Source: Candidatus Bipolaricaulia bacterium (GTDB lineage Bacteria; Bipolaricaulota; Bipolaricaulia; RBG-16-55-9). From it: 64,000 nucleotides of DNA. Positions 38,485 through 48,179 of this stretch are shown here, one piece after another. The notes below the pieces were generated by a model. It searched no databases, was not told the DNA's origin, and worked only from the letters and a program-made list of their open reading frames with translations. How positions within the stretch are numbered: position 1 is the first letter of the stretch; each line of letters begins with the position of its first letter. The DNA lies in assembly GCA_042219045.1 (NCBI GenBank), contig JBDGQO010000049.1, positions 1 to 64,000 on the forward strand, read 5' to 3'. Made by a program: the position numbers and the translations under genes.

Positions 38485-38513
38485 CTAATACTAAAATTAG
38501 CTTTACCAAAAAT
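38485..38513. promoter_or_regulatory. AT-rich candidate metal-regulator (DtxR/MntR-like) operator
   Basis: CTAATACTAAAATTAGCTTTACCAAAAAT contains the CTAAT..ATTAG dyad; directly upstream of a Mn-type transporter. Confidence 0.35.
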
Positions 38514-38559
38514 CGAGGCTTCGGCTAGCTGACCAGCTCGTCATAGGGAGTGAACGAGG

Positions 38560-39768
38560 TTGAACGAGATCGTCGAAATTTTCGTCTTGTCGGTCCGGGA
38601 CGGCTTCGTCCAGGTCAGCGCGTTCGTCGCCGTAACGGTCTTGCTGTTCAGCTACATCCAGTACCGCACGCACGGCAAGCTCATGGCCAAGCTGCGGGCC
38701 CGGCGACGGATCCAGCCGTTGGTGGGCGCGTTGATGGGGCTGACGCCCGGCTGCGGCGGTGCCATCGTCATGATGCCGCTCTACGTCCGGGGAACGGTCA
38801 GCTTCGGAACGGTCGTGTCGACGTTGGCCGCTACCGCCGGGGACTCCGCGTTCGTCATCCTGGCGCTCGCCCCGAAAGCCGCGCTCTATGTGTATGCCAT
38901 GGCGTTTGCTGCCGCGTTGATCTTCGGCTACGCCATCGACGTCTTCGGCCTCGGCGTCGGCCACATGGACAAGGCCGTCGAGACCTCGGACGACACAGCT
39001 CAGCCCGCCTTCGTCTGGAGCGCCAATCCCGCGCACGATTATCAGGGCCCCTCGCCGACTCACTCCCATCCGACGGGCCCGGATCGCGCTTCCCCGATCC
39101 TGACGCCGCTCAGCCAAGCGGTCCACTGGCTCTGGTGGCTGACGGCGTTGTTTGCGCTCTATTTGGGCATCAGCTATCTCGCCCAAGGCGGGCCCGAGGT
39201 GCCGCTCGCGCTGGGCCTGTCGTTTTCGGGAGGGTTCACGATCGTCGGAATTGCCGGCACGACGCTGTCGTTCTATCTCTACTTCGTCGGGCGCCACTTT
39301 ATCGGCGAAGGGAAGATCGGCCAAGCGCGGGAGTCGTTTGCCAACTTGACCGACACGCTCCAGCACGCCGCGATGGAGACCAGCTTCGTGACCGTCTGGG
39401 TCCTGGCGGCGTATCTGATCTACGAATACCCGGTGGCGCTGTTCAATCTCGACATTGCGGCAATGGCTGCGAGCGCAGGCGTCTTCGCGCCGATCGCGGG
39501 CGCAGCCGTTGGGCTCATTCCCGGATGCGGGCCGCAGATCGTCTTGGCCGGTGCCTACGCGCAGGGCGCGATCCCCATCTCGGCGCTCGCGGCCAATGCG
39601 ATCAGCCAGGACGGCGATGCGCTCTTTCCCCTGCTGGCCATCGACCGCAAAGCGGCAATTCTGGCGACGATCTACACGGCGATCCCGGCGCTGGTCGTGG
39701 GGCTACTGCTCTACTTCCTTTGGGAACCCGTCCTGGGATTGCCGTCGTTCGGCTTCGGCGCGCTGTGA
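38560..39768 (+). CDS. Putative manganese/heavy-metal transporter (10-TM family)
   Basis: Duplicated PGCG motifs (TPGCGGAI, IPGCGPQI), TAGDSAF, SQDGDALFP. Confidence 0.82.
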   Translation: MNEIVEIFVLSVRDGFVQVSAFVAVTVLLFSYIQYRTHGKLMAKLRARRRIQPLVGALMGLTPGCGGAIVMMPLYVRGTVSFGTVVSTLAATAGDSAFVILALAPKAALYVYAMAFAAALIFGYAIDVFGLGVGHMDKAVETSDDTAQPAFVWSANPAHDYQGPSPTHSHPTGPDRASPILTPLSQAVHWLWWLTALFALYLGISYLAQGGPEVPLALGLSFSGGFTIVGIAGTTLSFYLYFVGRHFIGEGKIGQARESFANLTDTLQHAAMETSFVTVWVLAAYLIYEYPVALFNLDIAAMAASAGVFAPIAGAAVGLIPGCGPQIVLAGAYAQGAIPISALAANAISQDGDALFPLLAIDRKAAILATIYTAIPALVVGLLLYFLWEPVLGLPSFGFGAL

Positions 39769-39852
39769 TCAACCACGACGGCTGGCGTTGCCCGAGTGAA
39801 GCTAGGGCGGGGCGAAGTCGCGCGAGGGTCGGCCGCGCAAGCGCGGATGAGG

Positions 39853-40764
39853 TCAGTCGCTCGGGGCAGGCGGGGAGGCCGGTGCCGAGCGCTGCGTCCG
39901 ACGGTTGACCGCCCAGACGCCCGATGCGACCAGGGCCGTCCCCAGGCCCAAGCGCCAGTCAAGCGGCTCGTTCAGAAACGTCACCCCGAGCAGCACGCCG
40001 ACGATCGGCATGACGTAGGTGACCATGACGGTGCGCGTGGGGCCGGCGCGCTGGATGAGGCCGAAGTAGATGAGATACGCCACGCAGGATCCCAAGAGCC
40101 CGAGCCAGGCGAGCGCGAGCCACGTCAGGGGATTCCGGGGGACGATCACGGGCGATTCGACGGCAGGAACCGAGAGCCAGAGCGCCGTGTCCGCGACCAG
40201 GACGATCATCAATGCCTGAAACATGGGCGCGACGTCGCCCAAGTTGCGCCGAGCGAACACTGAACTGCCCGCGTAACAGATCGCGGCCCCGAGCACGGCC
40301 AGTTGGCCGACGATGCTCTGGTCGAAACCCGCCGGCCCGACGTCGCGGCTCATCAGGGCGACCACGCCGCCAAAGCCCGCCATAAGCCCGGCAAACCGCA
40401 TCCACGTCATGCGCTCATCGTGTAGGATGAAATGGGCAATCAAGAGCGTGAACAGCGGCACCGTGCCGTTCAGAATCGACGCAACGCCCGAGTCGATATG
40501 GGTTTCACCCCACGAGATCAGCACGAACGGCACCGCGGTGTTGGTGAACCCGAGCACGAGCAGCGTCAGCCAAGTCCGGCGCTCGCGCGGCATGGGCGGG
40601 CGCTTGATCGCCACGATGGCGATGAGCCCGACCGCCCCGAACAACAGTCGGTAGGCGACGAGGGTGACGGGGCCGACTTCCTGGACGGCGATCTTGATCC
40701 AGAGGAACGACGATCCCCAGATGAGCGCGAGCAGGCTGAACAGGAGCCAGTCTTTTGCGTGCAT
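39853..40764 (-). CDS. DMT/EamA-family transporter
   Basis: IWGSSF, SGVASILN, about 10 TM helices, LGVTFLNEP. Confidence 0.9.
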   Translation of the reverse strand: MHAKDWLLFSLLALIWGSSFLWIKIAVQEVGPVTLVAYRLLFGAVGLIAIVAIKRPPMPRERRTWLTLLVLGFTNTAVPFVLISWGETHIDSGVASILNGTVPLFTLLIAHFILHDERMTWMRFAGLMAGFGGVVALMSRDVGPAGFDQSIVGQLAVLGAAICYAGSSVFARRNLGDVAPMFQALMIVLVADTALWLSVPAVESPVIVPRNPLTWLALAWLGLLGSCVAYLIYFGLIQRAGPTRTVMVTYVMPIVGVLLGVTFLNEPLDWRLGLGTALVASGVWAVNRRTQRSAPASPPAPSD

Positions 40765-40850
40765 GGCGGTTTCCTTTGGGAGGGCTCCCGTGAGGAGGAC
40801 TCGGAGACCCCGGCCGGAAGCTCCAGTTTAGGCGTTCGGAACGAGGGCGT

Positions 40851-41273
40851 TCAAGTGGGCAAATGATACAGCATCCAGTAGACGAGCCAGCCCGTGATCG
40901 CCACGTAGAGCCAACTGGGAAACGTCCAGCGGGCGATCCGTTTGTGGCGGGCATAGTCGCCGCGGAAGGCGCGACGGACCGTGACGATGGCCATGGGTAT
41001 GATGGCGATGGCCATAATGATATGCGTGATCAGCACAACGTAGTAGACGGCCTCGATCCAGCCCTCGCCCGTGAACAGGGCGGAGCCGTACAGCGCCCAG
41101 CGAATCACGTAGACGATGAGAAAGCCGACGGCCAGCAACGCCGCCGTCAGCATGAAGCGTTTGTGCCAACTGACGCGACCGCCCTTGATGAAGCCGAAGC
41201 CGACCAATAGACAGACGCCGCTGGTGGCGATGAGCGCCGCGTCGAGAGCGGGAAGCACGGACTCCCAATTCAT
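40851..41273 (-). CDS. DUF420 (CtaM-like) oxidase-associated membrane protein
   Basis: HKRFM, HKRIARWTFPSWLYVAITG. Confidence 0.85.
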   Translation of the reverse strand: MNWESVLPALDAALIATSGVCLLVGFGFIKGGRVSWHKRFMLTAALLAVGFLIVYVIRWALYGSALFTGEGWIEAVYYVVLITHIIMAIAIIPMAIVTVRRAFRGDYARHKRIARWTFPSWLYVAITGWLVYWMLYHLPT

Positions 41274-41274
41274 A

Positions 41275-42171
41275 TCAGAACACGAACAGCGACCCCATGA
41301 GCGCGCCCATGTAGGCGATGGAGTAGAAGAAGACGTGGCGGGCCTTGGCATCCACAATGTCGGTCGTCGTCGAATCCGTCCGCCAGAGGCGCAGCGCCAG
41401 GGCGACGAAGCCGCTCCCGAGCATCACCGCGACGAGGCCGTACCCCCAGCCGACGGGGCCAAACGGGATCAACAGCAGCGATATCGGTAACAGTGCCAGC
41501 GTGTAGACCAGGATCTGGCGTTGCGTGATGCGGTTGCCATGGACGACGGGCAGCACCTTGAAGCCGGCGCGCCGGTACTCGGCCTGTTTGTAGAGCGACA
41601 GGGCCCAGAAGTGCGGCGGCTGCCACAGGAACAGAATGGCGAAAAGCGCCAGGGCGCCCGCGTCCAGTTGCCCCGTCACCGCGACCCAGCCGATCACGGG
41701 CGGAATCGCGCCGGGCACGCCGCCCACGACGGTGCACAAGGGCGAGGTGCGCTTCAGCCATGCCGTGTAGATGCCCACGTACGAGATCATCCCGACCAGC
41801 GCCAGGAGCGCGCTGAGCGGGTTGACGAGCAGGCCCAGCGTCGCCAGCGCCGCGGCGGCCAGGATGCTGCCGAAGACGCCGGCTTCCGCCGGCCGGAGTC
41901 GGCCTGTCGGCAACGGCCGGGTGGCCGTGCGTTCCATCAGCGTGTCCAAGTCGCGGTCGAGAACGTTGTTGAACACCGCGGCCGAGCTCGTGGCGAGCGC
42001 GGTCCCCACGAGCGCGAACGCCAACGTGGCGAACGTGGGCAGCCCGCTGGAGGCGAGCCAGAGGCCGGCCAGCGACGTGAAGACCATCAGGCCCGTGATA
42101 CCGGGCTTGGTCAACTCGACGTAGTCGGCGATGACGCGGCGCGCTGATGCCGCGGCGGGAAGGGCCTGCAT
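41275..42171 (-). CDS. ctaB: Protoheme IX farnesyltransferase (heme O synthase)
   Basis: LTKPGI, DRDLDTLMERTATRPL, GAIPPVIGW, WQPPHFWAL. Confidence 0.93.
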   Translation of the reverse strand: MQALPAAASARRVIADYVELTKPGITGLMVFTSLAGLWLASSGLPTFATLAFALVGTALATSSAAVFNNVLDRDLDTLMERTATRPLPTGRLRPAEAGVFGSILAAAALATLGLLVNPLSALLALVGMISYVGIYTAWLKRTSPLCTVVGGVPGAIPPVIGWVAVTGQLDAGALALFAILFLWQPPHFWALSLYKQAEYRRAGFKVLPVVHGNRITQRQILVYTLALLPISLLLIPFGPVGWGYGLVAVMLGSGFVALALRLWRTDSTTTDIVDAKARHVFFYSIAYMGALMGSLFVF

Positions 42172-42224
42172 CAGCGCACCGCCTTTCTCAATGCGGGCAT
42201 CGATCCTCTCATCCGACGCGAGCG

Positions 42225-42923
42225 TCAGCTGTCGCCGTCGCCCTTGGGCGTCGACTCGGATAGACTTTTGATGTAGGCGATCAACGCCTGCAGGTCCTCT
42301 TCGCTGATCTGGGATTTGTCGTAGGGCTGCATGACGTTGGCCGGATACCCTTTGTGGATCTGGTCGTTCGGATTGCGAACCGAGTTCTTCACGTATGTCT
42401 CGTCGAAGGCGACCGTCTTGCCGCTTTTCAGTGTCACCTCGTTGCCGTAGGCGTTCTTCCAGGTCGGCCCCACCATTTGGGAACCGTCGGGGCTGTGGCA
42501 ACCGAGGCAGCCGTTGGTCTGCGCCACCATCTGACCGCGCTTGACAAGGCTCACCTCATCCTCGGACGCCCCGTCGCCCTGCTGATTGTCCGTCTGCTCG
42601 TCCGACGTCTCTCCGGATTGGGCTTGCTCGTCCTCCTGCTTGCCCGTGTCCGTGCCGTCGGCCATGCCGTCCTGTTTCTGATCCGATGTCGCTTCCTCGT
42701 CCTGAGTGTCTGACGCCTCAGACCCCTGTTGCTCTTGGTCGGTCACTTGATCTTGGGCCTGTTGGTTCTGTTTGGAGGCTGTCTCCTCCTTGCTCTTGTC
42801 GACCAGGGGTTTGTCGGCTTCGCCGCCGCAGCCAGCCAGGCCGACGACGAGCCCGAACGACAGGAGCAACGCCAGGGCGAGTATGGGAACACGGAGCTTC
42901 GGCTCGAGCGCTCGAGCGAGCAC
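42225..42923 (-). CDS. Lipoprotein cytochrome c with acidic/Gln-rich linker
   Basis: Lipobox LAGC, CLGCH heme site, distal Met in ANVMQPY. Confidence 0.85.
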   Translation of the reverse strand: MLARALEPKLRVPILALALLLSFGLVVGLAGCGGEADKPLVDKSKEETASKQNQQAQDQVTDQEQQGSEASDTQDEEATSDQKQDGMADGTDTGKQEDEQAQSGETSDEQTDNQQGDGASEDEVSLVKRGQMVAQTNGCLGCHSPDGSQMVGPTWKNAYGNEVTLKSGKTVAFDETYVKNSVRNPNDQIHKGYPANVMQPYDKSQISEEDLQALIAYIKSLSESTPKGDGDS

Positions 42924-43189
42924 TAGTCCCCCTCCTTTCGGTTCGACGTGCCGTTCTGATGGGGGTCATGCGGTTCCGATCGTTGCTGTTGGCGGTAGGC
43001 TCGGTAGATACGGTAGACGATCAGGCCAATCACCAGATACGGGATCGGCATGATGATGTAGAGTCCCCACGCGGTCGGGCCGAGCAAGTCGCTCAGCCCT
43101 TCGCGCAGCGTGTGGAACGCGCCGGCCGACGGACTCAGGACGACGAGCGTCCAGGTCGTTAATGCCAGAATCCAACTCACACGTCGCAT
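42923..43189 (-). CDS. Small membrane protein in cox operon
   Basis: Two hydrophobic segments; fills the gap between coxIV and the cytochrome c gene. Confidence 0.6.
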   Translation of the reverse strand: MRRVSWILALTTWTLVVLSPSAGAFHTLREGLSDLLGPTAWGLYIIMPIPYLVIGLIVYRIYRAYRQQQRSEPHDPHQNGTSNRKEGD

Positions 43190-43204
43190 CGCGGGCTCGT
43201 CTCC

Positions 43205-43555
43205 TTACGGGCTCTCGACGAAGATCTCGCGAAGCCCGAAGATGTATTGGCCTTCTGCAGCTAGAATACCGGCCAGCGCCAGTAGGAGCAACGGTGGCAG
43301 CAGAATAGCTAGAATTAAGCTAAGCCGCTCAAATTTGACGTGCATGAAATAGGCCATAATGGTGCCGGCTTTGATCAGACTGAACGATGTCGCTAGGAAC
43401 CGTTTGAGCGCCACGTTCATCTCCGCAATGTCGCTGAAGTAAAGCACCGCGCTCAACACGAACAACAATCCCCAGACTTTGAGATACGTGTTGATGGGAG
43501 GGTGCTTGTGCTCGTCGGCATGCGAAGCCGTTGCTGTCTCTTGAGCCATCGTCAA
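43205..43555 (-). CDS. Cytochrome c oxidase subunit IV family
   Basis: YLKVWGLLFVLS, KAGTIMAYFMHVKFE. Confidence 0.85.
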   Translation of the reverse strand: MTMAQETATASHADEHKHPPINTYLKVWGLLFVLSAVLYFSDIAEMNVALKRFLATSFSLIKAGTIMAYFMHVKFERLSLILAILLPPLLLLALAGILAAEGQYIFGLREIFVESP

Positions 43556-44266
43556 TCACCAGAGATAAAAGAAGTTGAAAATGAATACCCAGACGAGGTC
43601 GACGAAGTGCCAATACAGCCCGGCGATCTCCACACGCTCGTAGTTGCCCGTCCGATCATAGACGCCGCGCGCAGCCTGCGAGGCGATGATCGCCAGGTAG
43701 ATCACCCCAATGGTGACGTGGAGCCCGTGGAATCCAGTCAGCATGAAGAACGAGGCCCCGAACTGGTCCGCGCCCATGGGCGTATCCCACGGCCGAATGC
43801 CTTCGACGAAGATCAGCCCCGTCCACTCGAACGCCTGCATGAGCACGAACGTACTGCCGATCAGCGCTGTCAAGACAACAAACAGGGCCGTCTTGGCGCG
43901 CTCCCGCTTGTAGGCGTAGTTGACGGCGATTGCCATGGTGCCGCTGCTGCTGATCAGGATGAACGTCATGATGGCGATGAGCACCAACGGCACGTCCGCA
44001 CCGAAGACATGGAGCGCAAACACTTCGCTGGTATCGGGCCATTCGGCGGTCGTCGTGATACGGGCGGCGAGGTAGCTGATCAAAAAGGAGCCGAAGACGA
44101 AGGCGTCGCTGACGAGGAAAAGCCACATCATCGCCTTCCCCCAGCTCACCTGGAACATGCGCCTGTCGACGATCAGGTCGTGGAAGAGCTCGCGCAGGCG
44201 GGGCGGCAGTAAGTTCCCCTGACGCTCGCGTTGCTCCATGGCCTCGGACTGGGTCTCTTGATCCAT
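43556..44266 (-). CDS. Heme-copper oxidase subunit III (CoxP-like)
   Basis: WGKAMMWLFLVSD, FFMLTGFHGLHV, GLYWHFVDLVW. Confidence 0.88.
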   Translation of the reverse strand: MDQETQSEAMEQRERQGNLLPPRLRELFHDLIVDRRMFQVSWGKAMMWLFLVSDAFVFGSFLISYLAARITTTAEWPDTSEVFALHVFGADVPLVLIAIMTFILISSSGTMAIAVNYAYKRERAKTALFVVLTALIGSTFVLMQAFEWTGLIFVEGIRPWDTPMGADQFGASFFMLTGFHGLHVTIGVIYLAIIASQAARGVYDRTGNYERVEIAGLYWHFVDLVWVFIFNFFYLW

Positions 44267-44292
44267 CCGCTTGGTCCCCCGTTTCGTCGGTG

Positions 44293-44976
44293 TTAGGTCG
44301 TTAACGTCATCATGACGAACATGATCAGCCAGATGCCCAGCAGGAAGTGCCAATAGAATGCACAGAGCTCGATTCGCAGGCTCGTCTGCGCCGGGTCCGT
44401 CGTTTCCCGTCGCGCTCGGCGCTCCGTCCAGAGCCAGGCGAACAGCCCTCCGAGCAAGTGGACGCCATGGATGGCCGTGATGACGTAGAAGAACCCGGCC
44501 GACGGGTTGCCCGTCAGGCTGATGCCGAGTTGCTCGAGCCGAAGCCAGGCGGCCAGCTGGCCGACCATGAACAGTACGCCGAGGGCGCCGGCCGTGTAGA
44601 ACCAGCGCCGAACCCGCCCCCACGATACCGCGGTGCGGCGAGCATGCCACGACGCGAGCTGGATCGCGATGCTGCTGGCGATCAAGACGCCGGTGTTGAG
44701 CCAGAGCGTCCAGGGCGTCGGGATCGAACCCCAGTCAGGCCAGCCCATGCGGACGACATAGGCGCTCGTCAACGCGGAGAAGATCAGCGTCGGCGCCACC
44801 ATGAAGATCCAGAGGGTAAGCTTCGCCGTCGGGATCGGCAGCGCACCGCCGCCCGACGGGCCTCGCCCGCCGTTGTCGCCGTAGCCGATGCCGTGGCCGT
44901 TGCCGTTGCGTCCGTCGCCGTGGCCGTTCTGGCCGTTGATGTGCTGCGACCGGGAATCTTGGAGCTTGGGGCTCAT
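44293..44976 (-). CDS. Heme-copper oxidase subunit III paralogue (CoxO-like)
   Basis: NTGVLIASS, FFYVITAIHGVHLLGG, YWHFL. Confidence 0.85.
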   Translation of the reverse strand: MSPKLQDSRSQHINGQNGHGDGRNGNGHGIGYGDNGGRGPSGGGALPIPTAKLTLWIFMVAPTLIFSALTSAYVVRMGWPDWGSIPTPWTLWLNTGVLIASSIAIQLASWHARRTAVSWGRVRRWFYTAGALGVLFMVGQLAAWLRLEQLGISLTGNPSAGFFYVITAIHGVHLLGGLFAWLWTERRARRETTDPAQTSLRIELCAFYWHFLLGIWLIMFVMMTLTT

Positions 44977-46805
44977 GCGGCTCTCCCTTCGTCGGACGCT
45001 CCGTCGGCCGAGCCGTTTGCGCCGGACGCGCCGTCGTGGCCGTCTTCGCCCAGCGCCTCGTGCGTCTCCACGCCTGCGGGAACGCCGACTGGCGCCACGT
45101 TCTGCGGCACGTAATCCGCGTCGGCGCCGGGCACGCTGTAGTCGTAGGCCCAGCGATGGACGACCGGGAGCTTCGGCCCCCAGTTGCCGTGCTGAGGCGG
45201 CGTCTCCGGCGTCTGCCACTCCATCGTGGTGGCCTCCCAGGGGTTCTCGCTCGCCCGCTTGCCCTTGAAGATGCTCCAGACGAGATTGCCCAGGAAGACG
45301 AACTGGACGGCGCCGACGGTCAACGCGGCGATCGTGATGAACTCGTTGAGTCCGGCGACCTGAGCGGGCGCGTTCTCGATCTGACCGAACGCGAAGTAGC
45401 GCCGGGGCACGCCCATGAAGCCGAGATAGTGCATGGGAAAGAAGATGGCGTAGGTGCCGATGAACGTCACCCAGAAGTGGGCCTTCCCGAGTGCCCCGTT
45501 CATGAACCGGCCGGTGAGTTTGGGGAACCAGTGATAGATCCCGCCGAAGATCGCCAATATCACCGACACGCCCATCACCAAATGGAAATGGGCCACGATG
45601 AAGTAGGTGTCGCTCAGGGGGATGTCGACGGTGACGTTGCCCAGCCAGAGCCCTGTCAGCCCGCCGATGATAAACGTGCTGACAAACCCGATGGCGAAGT
45701 ACATCGGCGTCGTCAAGCGAATGTCCCCGCGCCACAGCGTCAGAATCCAGTTGTAGACCTTCAAGGCCGTCGGAATGGCGATGATGACCGTCGTGGTCGC
45801 GAAGAAGAAGCCGAAGTAGGGATTCATCCCGCTGACGAACATGTGGTGGGCCCAGACGAGGAAGCTGATAATGCCGATGGCCAGGATGGCCCAGACCATC
45901 ATGCGAAAGCCGAAGACGGGCTTGCGCGCGTGCGTGCTGATGAGATCGGAAATGATGCCGAAGGCCGGAAGCGCCACGATGTAGACCTCCGGGTGGCCGA
46001 AGTACCAGAACAGGTGCTGCCACAACAGGGGGCTGCCGCCGGAATAGTCGAGCTGTTGGCCGAGCTGGTTCATGGTCGGCATGAAAAAGCTGGTGCCGGC
46101 GACCTTGTCCAGAAGCAGCATGACGCCGCCGACAAACAACGGCGGGAACGCGAACAGCGCCAGCGCCGCCGCGAAGAAGATCCCCCAGACCGTGAGCGGA
46201 AGCCGCATCATCGTCATGCCGCGGCTGCGCAGCTGCAGGGTCGTGACGACGTAGTTGAGACCCCCCATGGTGGCGGCGGCGATGAAGATCACGAGCGAGA
46301 CGAGCATCAGGATGATGCCCCAGTCGGACCCGGGGGTGCCCGCCGTGATCGCCTGGGGCGGATAGAGCGTCCAGCCCGCGCCCGTCGGCCCGCCCGGCAC
46401 GAAGAAGCTGGCCAACAGCACGACGACGGACAGGAAATACGTCCAGTAGCTGAGCATGTTCACGAACGGATACGCCATGTCGCGCGCGCCGATCATGAGC
46501 GGGATGAGGTAGTTGCCGAATCCGCCCAGGAGGATCGCCGTGAGCAGGTAGACGATCATGATCATGCCGTGCATGGTGATGGCCTGGTAGTAGGAGCCGG
46601 GATTGATGAACTCGAACTGCCCGGGGTATCCGAGCTGGAGTCGAATGACGCCCGACAGCGCCAAGCCGATGAACCCGACGAAGATGGCGGTGATGCTGTA
46701 CTGGATGGCGATGATCTTGTGATCCTGGCTGAAGATCCAGCGGGTCCAGAAGCTCTGCGGTTCGTGGGCGTGGGCGTCGTCTACCGCGTGCTCGTGCGCG
46801 TCCAT
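44973..46805 (-). CDS. ctaD: Cytochrome c oxidase subunit I, A1-type
   Basis: DHK, TMHG, GWTLYPP, FGHPEVY, WAHH, HFH, PRRY. Confidence 0.95.
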   Translation of the reverse strand: MDAHEHAVDDAHAHEPQSFWTRWIFSQDHKIIAIQYSITAIFVGFIGLALSGVIRLQLGYPGQFEFINPGSYYQAITMHGMIMIVYLLTAILLGGFGNYLIPLMIGARDMAYPFVNMLSYWTYFLSVVVLLASFFVPGGPTGAGWTLYPPQAITAGTPGSDWGIILMLVSLVIFIAAATMGGLNYVVTTLQLRSRGMTMMRLPLTVWGIFFAAALALFAFPPLFVGGVMLLLDKVAGTSFFMPTMNQLGQQLDYSGGSPLLWQHLFWYFGHPEVYIVALPAFGIISDLISTHARKPVFGFRMMVWAILAIGIISFLVWAHHMFVSGMNPYFGFFFATTTVIIAIPTALKVYNWILTLWRGDIRLTTPMYFAIGFVSTFIIGGLTGLWLGNVTVDIPLSDTYFIVAHFHLVMGVSVILAIFGGIYHWFPKLTGRFMNGALGKAHFWVTFIGTYAIFFPMHYLGFMGVPRRYFAFGQIENAPAQVAGLNEFITIAALTVGAVQFVFLGNLVWSIFKGKRASENPWEATTMEWQTPETPPQHGNWGPKLPVVHRWAYDYSVPGADADYVPQNVAPVGVPAGVETHEALGEDGHDGASGANGSADGASDEGRAA

Positions 46806-46839
46806 TCCGATCCCCCTTGTCTCCATGCGTGAATCGGGC

Positions 46840-48012
46840 TCATTCGTCCGATGCCTCCGCCGACGCATCGGACAGGCTCTTGATGTATTCGACGATATCC
46901 TGTAGTTCTTTATCGCTGATCTGGGATTTGCCATAGGGCTGCATGACGTTGGCCGGATAGCCTTTGTGGATCTGGTCGTTCGGATTGCGGACGGAGTTCC
47001 GAATGTATTCCTCGTCGGCCGTGACGGTCTTGCCACTATCCAGGGGCACCTCGCTGCCGTGCAGGCCCTTCCAAGTCGGCCCCGTCATCGACGAGCCGTC
47101 GGTGCTGTGACAACCCAAACAGCCGTTGCTCTGTACGATCATTCGGCCGCGCTCGATAGGCGTCTGTGGCTTATCCTCGGCTGTCTTGCCCTCCTCGGCC
47201 GGCTTCCCATCGGTCGTTTTATCCGAGGGGCGCCCGGCCAGGGTCGGCTGTCCAGCCAGCCACTTGTCGAACGCCGCCTGGTCCTCGACGACGACCTCGC
47301 CCGTCATGGTGTAGTGCGCGCGGCCGCAGTATTCGGCGCAGAGCAGATCGTAAGTCCCCGTTTCGGTGGGCGTAAACCAGGTGTTGGTGACCATGCCGGG
47401 GACCGCGTCCATCTTGACGCGGAAGTTGGGCACGTAGAAGCTGTGCAGCACGTCCTTGGAACGGATCTGCATGTCGACGGGGACGTCGACCGGCAGATGG
47501 ATCGTGCCGCCCTGGATCAACACGTCGTCGTCGCCGGCCGGGTCGTCCGGATCGATCCCGTAGGGGTTTTGCGGCCCGAACAGCTCGGGATCCGTCGCGC
47601 CGAGCTTGCCGTCCTTGCCAGCAAAGCGGTACGTCCAGCGCCACTGCTCACCGACGACCTCCACCTTCATCGCGTCGGACGGGGCGCTGATCAGGTCGTT
47701 GTAGACGAACATGCCGGGCGCCAACAGCACGACGATGCCGAGGGCAGTGAGCCCGGCGAGCGTCTTTTCAAGACGTGGCTTTTCCGGCATGTATTCCGCT
47801 TCGCTCTGTTGGCGGTGGCGATAACGAACGATGACGTAAGCCATAAAGAGGTTGACCGCGACAAAGGCGATTCCCGTCACAATAAACGTGACATTGGTGG
47901 AGAGGTCGATGGCCCACCAATTGGAGGCCAGCGGCGTGAAGGTCCATGGGCTGAGGAAGGTGAACGCAATGGAGGCGATCACGATGAGGACGATCGTCAG
48001 GGCAATGATCAT
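46840..48012 (-). CDS. ctaC: Cytochrome c oxidase subunit II with CuA site and fused C-terminal cytochrome c (caa3-type)
   Basis: DVLHSF, CAEYCGRAHYTM, CLGCH. Confidence 0.93.
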   Translation of the reverse strand: MIIALTIVLIVIASIAFTFLSPWTFTPLASNWWAIDLSTNVTFIVTGIAFVAVNLFMAYVIVRYRHRQQSEAEYMPEKPRLEKTLAGLTALGIVVLLAPGMFVYNDLISAPSDAMKVEVVGEQWRWTYRFAGKDGKLGATDPELFGPQNPYGIDPDDPAGDDDVLIQGGTIHLPVDVPVDMQIRSKDVLHSFYVPNFRVKMDAVPGMVTNTWFTPTETGTYDLLCAEYCGRAHYTMTGEVVVEDQAAFDKWLAGQPTLAGRPSDKTTDGKPAEEGKTAEDKPQTPIERGRMIVQSNGCLGCHSTDGSSMTGPTWKGLHGSEVPLDSGKTVTADEEYIRNSVRNPNDQIHKGYPANVMQPYGKSQISDKELQDIVEYIKSLSDASAEASDE

Positions 48013-48086
48013 CTAACTTCCGCTCCTTCGAAAGGGTCCGCGCATGTAACGGTACTCATTACTATTATCAAAATCGCAGCCCCCCC

Positions 48087-48109
48087 TCAATGACCTAGAT
48101 CAATGACCT
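48087..48109 (-). promoter_or_regulatory. FNR/CRP-like box overlapping a 10-bp direct repeat, upstream of the cox operon
   Basis: Minus-strand TTGAT-CTAG-GTCAT (48103-48090); TCAATGACCT twice (48087, 48100). Confidence 0.5.
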
Positions 48110-48179
48110 CATTCTGTCGATGTGCCAAAAATAAAGATCCGGACGAGATCGGGGACAGGAATGGAGGCATCGGGCGAAT

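Noticed and set aside
43556..44976. Two subunit III genes in the oxidase operon
   Set aside because: A known arrangement in CoxMNOP-like operons; not novel.
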